64,000 nt of DNA, taken from NCBI GenBank assembly GCA_951406725.2, contig OX597824.1:99916489-99980488 (forward strand), written 5' to 3'. Of this stretch, positions 13,068-26,899 are shown piece by piece. The stretch's first letter is position 1. Every line of letters starts with the position of its first letter. This DNA comes from Octopus vulgaris (Eukaryota). Under the pieces are notes generated by a model, which searched no databases, was not told where the DNA came from, and saw only the letters and a list, made by a program, of their open reading frames with translations. A program made the position numbers and the translations under genes.

Positions 13068-13830
13068 CTTGTAAGAAATGAAGCTAGTATGCTCCGCTGG
13101 ATGTGTAATGTCAGTGTGCATGTATGACAGAGTGTGAGTGTCCTGAGAGAAAAGTTGGACATAAGAATCATTAGATGTGGTGTGCAAGAGAGACAACTGC
13201 ACTGGTATGGGCATGTGATGCATATGTGAAGAGGTAGACTCAGGAAGACATGGGATGAAGTGGTGAAGCACAATCTTTGAATGTTGGGTCTCACAGAGGC
13301 AATGACAAGTTACCAAGACCATTAGAGATATGCCGTGCTTGAGAAGACCCGTCAAGCCAGGTGGGATCATTGTGATGGCTGATGCTAGTGTCACCTGACT
13401 GGCACCCGTGCTGATGACATGTAAAAAACACAATTTGAGCATGGCTGATGCCGGAGCTGATTGGCTCCTGTGCCAGTGGAGATTGTAGTTGTGGCCGATG
13501 CCAGTGTCACCTGACTGGCACCCGTGCCGGTGGCATGTAAAAAGCACCATTCAAGTGTGGCCAATGCCAGAGCTGCCTGACTGGCATATAAAGGGCATCA
13601 TTTGAGCGTGGCTGATGCCAGGGACGCCTGACTGACACCCATGCCAGTGGCTCGTAAAAAATAACCTACTACACTCTGGGAGTGGTTGGTGTTAGGAAGA
13701 GTATCCAGATGTAGGAACCTTACCAAATCAGATTGGAGCTTGGTGCAGCCTTTTAGCTCACTAGTTCTCAGTCAAACCATCCAACCCATGCGAGCATGGA
13801 AAGCAGACGTTAAATGATGATGATGATGAT
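13068..13830 (+). mobile_element. RTE LINE 3' fragment (ORF end, about 4 UTR repeat units, tail)
   Basis: RNEASMLRWMCNVSV-type coding end, repeat units similar to the 66-bp unit, terminus GACGTTAAA(TGA)n. Confidence 0.9.
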
Positions 13831-15564
13831 TAAACTTGTCCGAGCAACATGTTGAAATGGATGAGACTTAATAAGACTACCAACTAAAATGCACTGCAGC
13901 CTTTTTGATGTGTTTTAAGCAGAACAGTTATTACAATGCAACTCACCTAATTGTTGCAAATAATAATAATAGATCTTGAAATATTACTTGTAAATAACTA
14001 GCATTCTCTCCAGGGTGATGCTTAATCTCCCTTTGATTACATCTTCATCATGACCTGCTTTGATTGTTGGTAGAACATAGATGCTGAACAGCAGTCTTCA
14101 GTTGTGTTCTGTCTTGTACTTTGCTTTTCACTTAATTCCATATCATTCTTTTCTTTTATCCTCAGTTTTTAACCTGCCAGTCTCTAACAAATGAGCCTTT
14201 GTTGTCCTGCCTTTCTCTTTTCCTCTGGGTTCCAATTCAAGGCTCATCTTGCCAAACCTCCTTCTGATTTTTTAAATTTGTTGCTTACCTATTTCCACTT
14301 ATATCATTTACTTTTATGGCGGATGGGTTCCTGTTTGTGTTTGGCCCAAAGGTTTCCATTGCTCACAATTTTTTCAGGGCATCTAATATTTAGTGGGTTT
14401 CTGATGTACCCTTCCATGAAAGTTTGTATCTTTTTGAGGATATTTGAATTCATTCACCATAGCCTTGCATCACATAGCAGGATAAATTTGATGTTAATTG
14501 AAAGTTGTCAGTGTAACATATGGATAAATCCTTTACATTTCCTCTATTGAATTTAAGTTGAATACTTAATTTATTAAAAGAAATTTAACATTTATCATTA
14601 ACTGACTTAAGTGATATCAAGAATTTTGGTTATTATCAAATCAACAAAGATAAGCAGAACTGAATTTAATTGTAAGCAAATTGATCCAAGCAGTTAGTTA
14701 ATCAGTATGAATGTCTGTTTGGTAATCAATCCAATATTGGGACATCTTTTCATAAATTGTATAATTTTTATGGTTAAACACAGAGCTGAAGAAATGTGGT
14801 AGTTGTTTATGCAGTTCTCAAAAATATTAAGAAAGTGAATGAAGCTGTGTCAATGAAGAATGGAAAAAATTTGCACCATTTACTAAAACTTTATGAAACC
14901 GCAGAAAGCATCTATTGTAATACATAATTTCAGTTAAATTATATTAGAAATAAATAGCCATAGGCTGGTCCTATGGATTGTTAGAATATGGAGAAAACAA
15001 GTGTGAGTAATATGAAACAACTATACATGCAACTGAGTAATTATGTCATCGAATACTGAATGGTAGAATAAGAGTTGAAGCAAACCCACATAAAAAAAAA
15101 TTTAATGAATTGCTTGATGACATTGTACTGCATTTAGTTAATGTTTCAACATTCAATAGTTTGAGTTTTAAATAGCTAAAATGATGATTTTTTAACAAAC
15201 TTATAGAACCATCCAACTAAGGCTGTCATAGAAATCGTTTTAAAAAACCATTAAAAAATATATTTTAACCCTTTACCATTTAAAATTATAATATTTACCC
15301 CAAAATATTCTACCTGTTTTATGTTCAAACCAGCCAGGTTCAGCCTCTCATAACTACCCTACAATGTAATCCTAAAAATAAACAATCACATCAAAATCCC
15401 AAATCAACAAGATAATGCATGATTAATTCAAAATGATGTGCAAAAATAAGCATTACATTTGACAGAGTAATTTGCATGCTAAACAGTTAAAATGAATGAA
15501 AATACTCTCTATCATTAAAATAATTGTATGTGTAAAATGAATATGATCTTTGCTTTGTTTTCAG

Positions 15565-15666
15565 TTTATTGAAATGAAGGACGACAAGAATAAAAATGAA
15601 CCCAGCAACTGGCAGGTACAGAAAATATTTTCTGAGTTGTGGTTTCAACAGTTTGATGTTAATCGT
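15565..15666 (+). CDS. Exon of Tuba/DNMBP-like gene: FIEMKDDKNKNEPSNWQVQKIFSELWFQQFDVNR
   Basis: TTTCAG/GTAAGT boundaries, 102 nt, open, phase 0-0. Confidence 0.7.
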
Positions 15667-15675
15667 GTAAGTTTA

Positions 15676-16270
15676 TATCATCATCATCATCGTTTAACGT
15701 CCACTTTCTATGCTAGCATGGGTTGGATGGTTTGACTGAGCACTGGTAAGCCAGAGGCTGCACCAGGCTCACTCTGGTTTGGCAAAGTTTCTACAGTTGG
15801 ATGCCCTTCCTCATGCCAACCACTCCGAGAGTGTAGTGGGTGCTTTTTACATGCCACCTGCATGAGGGCCAGTCAGGCGGTTCTGGCAACGACCACACTC
15901 ACACTCAAAAAGTGATTTTATGTACTACCTGCACGAGAGCCAGTCCAGTGACACTGGCAACGACCATGCTCGAATGGTGCTTTTCACATGTCACTGGATT
16001 GGGAGGCAATCCGTGGCCCTGGCAACAATCATTCTCAGATGATCATGCATGAGTGCCAATCAGGTGGTATTGTCATTGGCTACGTCAGCAATTTTGGTTT
16101 GTTTACACTTGCCTCAACAGGTCTTTGCAAGCAAAGTTCATTGTCCAATGAATGTGGAGTGGTTACACCCCATGTTCGGATGTGCTTTCAATGTTCCACT
16201 GGCACGAGTGCCAATCAGGCAGTACTGTTGTCAGCCACGCCTGCAATTTTGATTTTTCTATTTTATAGCA
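15676..16270 (-). mobile_element. RTE 3' tail with UTR repeats, starting about 10 nt after an exon donor
   Basis: (CAT)n, CGTTTAACGTCC, then the reverse-complement tail and repeat units. Confidence 0.88.
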
Positions 16271-16559
16271 ACTGCTTAGTTAAAGTTTACCAGAAAGCTG
16301 GTTTGGGTTAGAACCATTGTTTGGCTTGAATTAAGTCTAGTTAAGGAATTAGGGCAGAAAATGTTTCATAAATAAAATTTGTACAATGAATTTGGTATAA
16401 TTTTTGAGATCTTGAAACTGGGATATTGTGCATAACACTAATCATAATAGATGAATGAGTAAATTGTGATGGCAAAGAAAAACTAATTTTAACTAAGCAA
16501 AAATGTTGTAACATTATTAGTCTCTAACATATTTTTCTAAAAATCAGTTATCACCATTT

Positions 16560-18530
16560 ATTTCAAAGATCCATCAAACAGTCAGAAATTTCAAGATGTT
16601 CTGATTAAAGCATTGGACAAGAAAGAGGAGTAATAGTGATGTATAATGTAGAAGACAATGGAAAGTTCTTACGAGACAACCGTCTGAAGACGGCAGATCA
16701 AATCTGTGGCTGGAGCAAAGCCCCAACTAGTCAGAGGATATCATAGTGGTGAAATTGTAAGGTAGATAGGGGCATAAAAGTGAAGATACAGGCTTGGAAA
16801 AACTAGAAAAATGGAGCTGTATCAAGTAGCTAGGAAGGAAGTTAAGTGACAAGTTTATCTATCAAGGGCAGAAATAGAATGGAAGAAGTTTGCAAACATC
16901 TTACAGCATGAAGATCGGAGACTGGAAGTGTTCCAGATTGCTAGTCAGTGTATCAGAGAATCAAATTGTTGCATGAAAGACATGTATATGAATAGTATGC
17001 TTGTACTTAGTGACTCTGAAAAGGAAGAGGCATAGATGAACTACTATAAATGACTCTTAAATGTAGGAATGCATGGAAGAAAGAGTCTTTCCAGTGTGAA
17101 ATCAAAAGAGGGACCAGTTATTTTAGCTGACAACAGTATGATAAATAAAACAATTAAGGATATGAAGATGGGGAAAGCCTCTGGCCCACTGAGATGCTTA
17201 TAATATATAGTCTAGTTACCTCTATAGTTAATCAAGTTGATATTTAATTGCTGGACCAGGTCATAAAAGTTACAGAAAGTGTTATAACCTGATTAATTAA
17301 AAATGGAGTTAGGCTTGATGAAATGCACTCTGGTTTTGTGCAAGCAAGAAGTACTACTGATGCTATCTTCTTAGTCAGACAACTTCAGAAGTAGTTAACT
17401 AAAAATAACTATTGTACTTGACAATTGATGACATTGTGAAAGTCTTTGACTGAGAACCTTACTCTGCAAAATACTGATCTCTGAAGTAGCTAGAGATAGA
17501 TGATGGACTTGTGAAAACTATACAGGGATGCTGTCAGTAGGGTAAGAGTTAACCATGAGCACAATGACAAATCTAGTGTACATGGAGGCGTTCATCCGGG
17601 CTATGTTCTCTCTTCCTTCCTATTCATCATCCTCCAGAACATAAAAGGATTTTAGACTGGCTGACCCTAGGAACTACTATATGCTGATGATCGTGTTCTC
17701 ATACTGGTGTCTGTAACAGAATTAGAAAAGAAATTCCAGGTGTGGATGCCAAAGCTAGAATAGAAGGGCCTTAAAGTTAACTGAGTAAATGCCAAAGTTC
17801 TAGTAAAGAAGAAAATAGATAAGACTCTACCTACAACAGGTAAACGGCTCTGCTCAATATGTAGGGAAGGTGTAAACAGGAATTCCATACAGTGCAAGCT
17901 ATGGACACACAAGAGGTGCAGTAGAATTACAGGAAGGTTAACGAGAAAGTAGTGTTAGTGTGTGGAATATGCACAGGGGTCATAAAGACTATAGATACAC
18001 AGAAAATTGATTTTTCTCAAATACACTGGAGGCTCTCTAGAGGCAGTAGATAATTTCTGTTACCTAGGTGACCTAATTAGATGTAGAGGAGCATGTTCTG
18101 AAAGAGTACTTACCAGAATAAGAATAGGATGGAGAAAATTAAGAGAAATTTTACCTCTGTTGGCAACAAAAGTTTTCTTTCTCCAAATGAAAGGAAGATT
18201 GTATGATGCTTGTGTATGAGCATCATTGCTACACGGTAGTGAAACGTGGGCCCTGAATGCAGAGGACATGCAACAACTAGAGAGGAATGAAACTTGTATA
18301 TGCCAGTAGGTGTGTAACTTCAGTGTACATGTATGACTGAGAGAAAAGTTAGGCGCAAGAGGAATTAGACGCAGTGTGCAAGAGAGATGACTGCACTGAT
18401 TTGGCCAAGTAATGCATATTTTAACAGTTCCATAAAGAAATGCTGATTCCTTAAAACAAATCAAACTATTTGAAGAGGGAGACCTAGGAATACTTGGGAG
18501 ATGTATTGAAGGCCGATCTCAAGATCCTGA
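16560..18530 (+). mobile_element. Older, heavily degenerate RTE LINE (RT region)
   Basis: Remnants GKASGP, STTDAIF, ELLYADD, DNFCYLGD and GRLYDACV, collinear with the 8284-10673 copy and carrying many stops. Confidence 0.85.
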
Positions 18531-18584
18531 GCAAGATGGTTGGTGTTTTGCTGTGTTTGAGAGGACTCATTCACCTCAGCAAAA

Positions 18585-19260
18585 ATCATCATCATCATCA
18601 TCATCGTTTAATGTCCGTTTTCCATGCTGGCATGGGTTGGACAGTTTGACTGAGGTCTGGAGAGCCACTGGCTGCACCAGGCTCCAGTCTGATCTGGCAA
18701 TGTTTTTACAGTTGGATGCCCTTCCTAATGCCAACCACGGGAGCCAGTCAATGGGTAGTGGCATTGGCCGTATTTGGACGGTGTTTTTCCTGTGCCACCA
18801 GCACAGGGGCCAGTCAGGTGAATCTGGCATCAATCACATTCAGATAGTGCTTGTTATGTGCCACTAGCATGGGGGCCAGTCAGAGGGTATTGGCATTGAC
18901 CACACTTGGATGGTGCTTTTTACATGCCACTGGCACGGGAGCCAGTAGGGGACACTGGCATCGATTACGTTCAGATGATGCATTTTATGTGCCACCAGAA
19001 TGGAAGCCAGTCAGTTGGCACTGGCCACAGCTGCGATTTTGGTTTTACTTTACTGTCCAACCCATGCTAGCATGGAAAGCGGATGCTAAACGATGATGAT
19101 GATGATGATGATGATTCACTCAACAGGCCTTCTCAAGCATATCATATCACCTGAAGCACCAAGGATACTCTTAAATGGGCTGAACATGCAACACTGACAT
19201 TGACCATGGCTGCAATCTCACTTTAGTTGCTGGGTCTTCTCAATCACAGCAGATCTCCAT
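18585..19260 (-). mobile_element. RTE 3' tail and UTR repeats (minus), interrupted by a short plus-strand tail fragment at ~19053-19115
   Basis: (CAT)n start and UTR repeats, with embedded gtccaacccatgctagcatggaaagcggatgctaaac(GAT)n. Confidence 0.82.
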
Positions 19261-19964
19261 CCTAAAACTACTTTGGTAATGCCTGTACCTGAGGGGCCCT
19301 GCCCCATCAAGCATTTCCTCCATATTGCATCCCCTTACACTCATCACTTCGCTTTCTATACTATAATCATCCAGGAGCAGAATAGGCACATACTACATTT
19401 CCTCCCTTTTGCTTACCTTCCTCCCCACTAGAACCCATTTCTCATTATCTTCCCTGCCCCCACTATTTCCTTTCCACTCCTTTGTATGCTTTTAGCCATT
19501 TCTCTCTCCCTTCTGCTACACTCCATCTTTAACATCTCTCTTATCTGCTCTCACTCTCACTGCTCCCACATATCTATCAGTCTCACTGAGTAACCACTAT
19601 GTCTCTCACCATTTGCTTCTTCTCCATCTCTAATCATCTCTCCTCACACTCTTATTATGAAACTTCCCCTCTGTCTCCTCTGCCCACTCACCCAGTCCAA
19701 TCCTCTCTACATCTTTCATTTATAGTCACCTCTCTCTCTATCTTCACACATCTCCAGCACCATCTCTCTTTTTCACTCTTTCTCTGTACCTCTCTATCTT
19801 CCTTTCTAACTTTCTGCTTTTCTTCCCCCATAGGAGTAGCCATGTATCTCCTCTACAGCAAGACACCTATCTCTATCCCTCAATTATACTTTTATTTCTT
19901 GTCAATATGCACAAAGTCAGTATGCACTGCCATCAATACAACCCCACCTCCCAGTTGAGGGCTG

Positions 19965-20180
19965 TTTGTCTTGCAAGTTACTTGGTGACCTGCTTGTGCT
20001 GATGCCATGTAGCCAGTCTTCTGTGTAAAATGTTTGGCATTAAAAAGAGCATCCAGCTGTAGAAATCATGCCAAAGCAGCTGATAGAGTCTGGTGCAGTG
20101 CTCTGGCTAGCCAGCTCCTGTCTGGCTGTCCAACCCATGCCAGTATAGAAAACGGATGTCAAATGATGATGATAATGAAG
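19965..20180 (+). mobile_element. Degenerate RTE-tail-like repeat
   Basis: gcatccagctgtagaaa...ccaacccatgccag...ggatgtcaaatgatgat. Confidence 0.7.
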
Positions 20181-20669
20181 ATGGTATAATTTTTACTATT
20201 CATTATTTCTATAATGAATTTTGTATAGTAAATAATATTTGAAAAATTAGTCATTGCTGGTCATGTGGATTGTTAGAATGTGGAGAGAATAAGTGTCAGT
20301 AATATGAAACAACTATATATGCAACAGAGAAATAGTAATTACCTCATCAAATGTTGAATATTAGAATAAGGGTTGAAGCAAACCAATAGAAAATATTTAC
20401 TGAGTTACTTGAGGAAATTGTACTACTTTTGGTTTATGTTTCAGCATCTAGCAGTTTAGATTAAACATTTTTTTCACTAAACTCACTCTAGATTATTCTC
20501 AATTCCCATTTGCGAAAGATATGAATTGACTTTTGGTACTTGTCATCCCTATACTCCTTTTCTCATTAACAGAGATGGTTGCATCAAATATGGGTATCCG
20601 TAGTAATATTCAGTTGTAGTCATGTAGTTTGCATAGTTATATGCATGTATATATGAATTTATTTTTCAG

Positions 20670-20787
20670 GTATTACTTAATGTACCTGTGTTACTTTCTG
20701 AAACATGCAGGTATAGTTTGCCTGTAAATACAAACAAAGCAACTAGACCTAAAACGGGTATGAATACTGATCATTTTCCAGTAACAG
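20670..20787 (+). CDS. Exon of Tuba/DNMBP-like gene (linker): VLLNVPVLLSETCRYSLPVNTNKATRPKTGMNTDHFPVT
   Basis: TTTTCAG/GTGAGT boundaries, 118 nt, phase 0-1, complemented by the next exon. Confidence 0.6.
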
Positions 20788-22786
20788 GTGAGTCACTTCA
20801 ATTAATCAGCTAATAAAAATTTGCCTCTTACTAATGACAGCCAGCAGAATTAGTAAGCTGAAAAGCACCTGTCATATTTCAATAATTACCACCTTAAGAC
20901 AAAAGGGATCTCCCTCTCACACACATACTTGATTAAATTTACATAGTTAAATGCTTCTTTCAATGAGTGTATCTGCAAGTTATACTAATTAGGTGAAGCT
21001 ACACATGCAAATGTTTTGTAATAATAACCTTACTAATTTCTACTATTTTTACTGGTGAACTGTATCGTTATTTGGTACCTGTCTGCAGCTATGTGGGTTA
21101 GTTAGCAATAATTATATTTGCTATGGGTCCAATGCAGTGTCAGTGATGAGATATGAACTGGATCACTTCAATAGGTTTGGTACTTTATCAATTCAGTCAG
21201 TAGCATCTCTCAATTTTTTATCAATTTTACAGAAAATTGAGCTCAAATAATTCTTTTGTAAATCAAGAACTACACTATCTCATGTATACATACACACACA
21301 CACACACATACAATAAATAATTTAAAGAAAACAGAGAATAATCATCATCATTTTTGTTTAATGCTTGTCTTCTATACTGTTACTGTTTCTGCACCCCCCT
21401 CCCCCAACAATAAATCTGTATAACTTCAGTAAGAATTGTCTTGGACTCTGATGAACTGCCCAACCCATGGTGGCATGGCAGATGGACTAACCCATTCTGT
21501 CACTGGGTCCACCTACTTGACCCACCTCATCAAACTGTCTTTCTTGTGTGAACATGAAAAATAATCCTGAAATAATAAATGGTAGGGCGTGATTTGCGGG
21601 AGATTTAGCTGATATTTTTAACCAGACCAACAACTATGTAGAGGTTTCCTCATTTATGAAAATTAGCATGTGTCAGATCAGTTATTTTATGGTACCTAGT
21701 ATAGTGCACAAAAAGTATTTCCAATGCCTTGTAGTGTAAAAGTAGCTGATTTTTTTGAGGTATTGGATGCACTGGATTAGCTGTGTCTAGTATTAACATT
21801 GACCTGCTATGAAGTGTTCAAACGGTTCACTTGAAGCAGTTGATGTGTTTTGTTAATGATGAGATATAATTAACCTGTAGTAGCAATCCTCTCTCTCCAC
21901 CAAAAGAACCTAACCAACTTTGTTGAAAACAGAATATATTTTAGTCCCTATGTGGAGGTAAAATTGTAAGGATTCACTGTATAAATTTGTGTTCCTTAAT
22001 TAACTTGAAATATGGCTAAGAATGCATACTTGATGAACAGGTGCCATTTGCTGGTTGTGTAAAATACAGAGGATAAATTAGATTGAATCCAAGAAGATAC
22101 ATCATCAAAATTCATAGAGAAATGCTGTATTTCTCCTTGAATTTTTAACTTGATGTATTTCAAACTTGTGCTAACTTTAGAAAAACAAACTTTAAAATGA
22201 TAAGAATGATGAAAATACTAAGTCCAGCATAATAGCATAAAGGTCATTTGCCCTACAAAATTTATCACTCATACTTCATGTCCCAACTAAAAACATGAAC
22301 CTGTGCCTCTTCCTAAGCACAAGTTAACATTTTGTATTTTGTCCATAGTGAAAGAAATTTAGAAGTATTTGTTACCTAGCAACATTTTCAATAGGCTTAG
22401 CAATCATTAAAATCACAATGACAAGGTTAAAAAGGGGGAAATATCATCTAAAGGAAGCAAACTTTTCATAGTCAAGGATGTTATTTGGGAAATCTTACTT
22501 GATTCTGGAACCCTAATAGTCCGTCAGACATTTAGGGTTGCCTATTGGTTTTGCATTATGGATGGCCTAAACTTCAGTCTGATTTGAAACACCATTATAT
22601 ATTCTATTATAGAGTATTTAACTGTGACATGAAGTGTTTCCAAGAAATGTTTGATCCAGAATGTTATTCAATCTTGTATTTGTATTATTAAAGACTGATA
22701 GTGACTACAATCTGTTCGTAGTAGCTTGTCTCTGTGTATTCTTTTGTAAAATATTTTAATTGATTCATTTTATTTATGGTAATCAG

Positions 22787-22833
22787 GTAATATTGAGCTG
22801 AAGCAGTCACTGATGATTGATGAAGATGATGGT
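22787..22833 (+). CDS. Small exon of Tuba/DNMBP-like gene: (G)NIELKQSLMIDEDDG
   Basis: CAG/GTAAGT boundaries, 47 nt, phase 1-0, which restores the frame into the SH3 exon. Confidence 0.6.
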
Positions 22834-23048
22834 GTAAGTAAATATATACATTTGAAGTCAATCAATTTCCTATAATTTTTATCACAATTTAGAAATACAT
22901 AAGGGCTTTTAGTAATATTTCCTTATAACTATGCTAGCTAACAGTTATGATCATGGCTACTTGATTTTAAATGTTCAATAGCAATTGTTGTTTTCTTATA
23001 GCTACAGCAATAACTATCGAAATGAAAAGTACCATAATTACTTTGTCA

Positions 23049-24651
23049 TCTCTCTATATATAAAACTGAGAATGTGTGTGTGTGTGTGTGTCTGTCTGTC
23101 TGTCTGTATGTTTCCCTAAAACTAACTACACAACCAATTTCATTCAAATTTTACACATGCCTTACTTAGGGTCCTTGTAGTTTCATGGCAAAAAAAAATG
23201 TTCAACTTCTTGCCTAGGGCGAGCCCATAGCAATATCATATCTTCTCCACTCTTTCAGTATTACGTGTTAAAAGTGAAACAAAAACATTTCTCTATTTTA
23301 TGTCAGATACTTTGACTTTAACAATAAAAATTAGTGATAATAATAACAATTGAGTTATATGTAGTAAGTAATAATTAAAATCAAACTAAAGTATAATATA
23401 ATAATTAAATCGTAAAATAACAAAAGTAAAAATAGCAATTGGTATAAAATTGCATCAATGACTTGAACTTGAATAAATGGTTTCACATGAATGGGAATAA
23501 ATTAAAAATAAAATTAGTGTGCAGAAATGGAATAGTCTAGATGGAGCTGTGCACATACCTTTTACCACGGCTTTTACATTAGATTATTTGCTAATTAGCT
23601 AGCATTAAGTATCTACATGAAGTTTGGCTATATGTGATGTCTGTTTTCTCGAACAGCCGCTTCTACTGAGTACTGCTGTTGGTTTATTTCTTATACATAA
23701 AGGACTATAGCTTCAACTGCGTACTGCTTTTTGATTCACCGTAAGGTTTGTTGTTATTATTATTTCTGTTTAACTATTGTTATCACGTTTGTTGGTTCCT
23801 CGAAAGGGAAACATTGTTGTGTTAAATAATTGTAAACCGTAACCCTCCCACTCTAGGAGAAGAAGCTTTGGTTATTGTTTAAAAATTGAATTGTGTCCCT
23901 GTTTGGGAAAATTGACAATATTTTCACCGTTTATACGGAAGCATTTTTGTTAAAATGCCTTTGATAGAAGAAAGTCCGAAAATGAATTTCACTGCAGCCA
24001 TCAGCGGGTGCGAACTCATTAAAATTAAAATGGAAGAAATACAAACCTATTTCGGATTGATCACCGACAAAGATGGTGAATCTAGGATAACACCACCAAA
24101 CGAAATAAAAAATTAAATTAAAGAAAAGACTATTGTCTATAAAGTACACTATGTAGATAAAAAAAAAAATTTGAACACCTGGAGGAAAGCACCATCGAAA
24201 AGTGTCTTGGTGCAAAGATATCAAATATCTAACCAGAGGTGGTAAATTCACCACAATAGAAGCAAGGTTCGAGTCAACGTAGCGTGCAAGGGAGTACTCG
24301 ACTCAAACCTTGCAAAGTAAAATATTTTATTTTTACCTTTATATCTGGGACGTAGGACGTCCCAGATAAAAATTTAAAATGTCCCCCCAGAAGTAGAGGT
24401 AGGCTGGATTGTAGCCACACTTCTATACAAGAGGGAGGACAAGATAAAATTGATCGAAATTGCAAGAGACGGGCCTACAATTCCAGTCTGTTATATATTT
24501 CGAGTATTGTTATCACTAGCGATATCAAAATATAACTTTGTATTTTATGTGTAGATGTATATATAGATGTACATGTAATATGTACACATATATATACACA
24601 TATATACATGCACTAGCACTATTACCTGGCAACGATGGGTCATAATGCTAG
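23049..24651 (+). mobile_element. Non-autonomous Helitron-like element
   Basis: A|TC 5' end (TCTCTCTATATATAAAA) followed by a (TG)n/(TCTG)n microsatellite. 3' GC-rich imperfect hairpin (acctggcaacgatgggt), then CTAG|T. No TSD. Confidence 0.72.
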
Positions 24652-25120
24652 TAGTTAATAATTATCCAGGACAAAAAGCACCTGATCCAAAAGTTATTCC
24701 TTCACCCATTTTCACAGTTGGTTATTGAGTATTTGCAAGTATTTGAACCTAGTTTCCAGCCCAGAGATAACTTTCTCCCTTTCTACTACTAGTCAAAGAA
24801 TCTTTCTTTGCAAAAATATTATGGATACTGCTCTTCCTTCTCTGATTAAGCCATTTATTGTATGTAACTTGTCTTATTCCAAATTATTTAACAGATGAAA
24901 TTTCATTATTGTGAATACCAATAGATCAAAGTTTAAGTTTCAATTTCTGATTATAATCTTAATGAAAATGTTATATGGGTTTTGATGTAATGAAAATCAT
25001 TACAACAAATATTTTTAGTAGTATCAAACAAAATTTTAACTTCTAGCTGTTAAAATTTCTTACTTTAACAAAAATATTTTAGAGACAGTGGTCTTGAAAA
25101 TCAAGTGTACATACAATATA

Positions 25121-25575
25121 TATTATTTTTTTTCTACTCTAGGCACAAGCCCTGAAATTTTTGGGGAAGGGACCAGTCGATAGGATTGAGCCCAGTATGC
25201 AAGTGGTACTTAATTTATTGACCCTAAAAGAATGAAAGGCAAGGTCAACCTTGGCAGAATTTGAACTCAGAACGTAAAGACAGATGAAATACTGCTAAGC
25301 ATTTCGCCCGCATGCTAACGTTTCTGCCAGCTCACCATCTTATACAATATATATTATTCTTTTCTATCTAGGCTTAAGGCCCAAAATTTTGGTGGAGGGA
25401 GCCGGTCAGTTGGATTGACCCCAGTATGAAACTGGTACTTAATTTATTGACCCCAAAAGGATGAAAGGCAAAGTCAACCTCGGTGGAATTTGAACTCAGA
25501 ACATAATGACAAACGAAATACCGCTCAGTATTTCGCCTGAAATGCTAACGTTTCTGCCTGCTCACTGCCTTATAC
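25121..25575 (-). mobile_element. Two head-to-tail copies of a tRNA-derived SINE (MetaSINE-like core)
   Basis: The minus strand reads gagctggcagaaacgttagca...ctgagttcaaat (B box)...ctttcat.ctttt.gggtcaataaattaagtacc. Each copy is about 230 bp. Confidence 0.85.
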
Positions 25576-26899
25576 AATATATTTTATTGGTTAGACAATG
25601 TAACAGCTAGAAGTGAGTGAGGTATAGTATTAAGATGCAATTCCATCAGTTGAGTGCCCTGACTACTAAGTTGTCTGTATTTTCTTAGTATTCTTTATTT
25701 CACAGACCAAATCAGAAATTTGGCAAATCCAAAACAAAAGAGTTTGATTTATTTTTTTTTGTTGAAGAGGCACTAAATTAAGCAAATTTCAGTGGTCAGG
25801 TCACCAAAAAATCAGAATTTATTCATGCAGTTATCAAACATAAGTAAGAATGAAACTTCTAGCTGTGGCCAACTGGTTGTTTTTATTGAAGCAATTATTT
25901 CTTTCAAATTTTCCAGTTGTATATTTTATGGATTCAGAAATATTTTCTGCATTAGTAAGAATGGAAGTGTTCTAACTGCAACCAGCATATCTGTTTTCAA
26001 ATTTAAATTCAGAGACAATACAAATGAAAAAGAGATATTTTTGCCGACATTTATTAAAGATATAACATCTTTTCATTATCTAAATATGAATAGCCAGACT
26101 AATAAAGGAAAGAAAAGATTTTATTTGCTTATTTTAGCCTTACAAAATTTCTATACAAATATCCAAATCTTCAAACTTTATAATATCCATTGTCAAGTAG
26201 AAGATTTGAACTACACCCACACACCACTTTTTCAAACTAATTTTTATTTAATTCCAGTATGACTTTGGATTTTATCAACATCCTAACACTTGTAACCCCA
26301 CCCCTCCCCATCTCAAAATCTTATATCCTGGTGACATTTAACTTCAGAACATAAGGTAATCAAAACACTTATCAATTTGTAATACTTTAAAAGAGCAAAG
26401 TAAAAGAAAATGTTAGCTTAATTTTATTTGAGTATTTTGTCCTTTCTTCCTACAATCATAAGTTGTTTTAACACAATTCACTTTGCTTTCCATCTTTTTG
26501 TGGGTATTGATGCAAACAACTATACTTCTCAGTTAAATACAATTAGCTATATCACCGTCACCACCATTGTTATTTAGTGCCGCTAATGGGTGATGAGTGG
26601 CATCTAGTCACATTATTTATTTGTAGCTTGAGTGAGTAAAATGTCTTGGATAGAGACACATCATATTGTTGGAACTTCATTAGAACCAAACATTCTGCTA
26701 GGATATACATCACCAATAATATGTAACTGCTGCATTCTGACTTGATCACCTGCACTGTGGTCATGATCAGAATGTACAGGTAGAAGAAAACTAATAAGGA
26801 AGGATGATATAAGCTGATAAATGTGGAATGGTTGGAATGCTTTCGATCATAGGTCTGCATCCAAAGCCCTAACCTGGGCAACAACAATGGCAACAACAT

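Noticed and set aside
19280-19960. 119-aa ORF in a CT-rich tract
   Set aside because: Low-complexity pyrimidine sequence next to a repeat tail, with no protein features.
25707-26262. Extra exon or 156-aa ORF in the last intron
   Set aside because: There is an acceptor-like site at ~25706 but no compatible frame or donor and no domain. The gene model is in frame without it.
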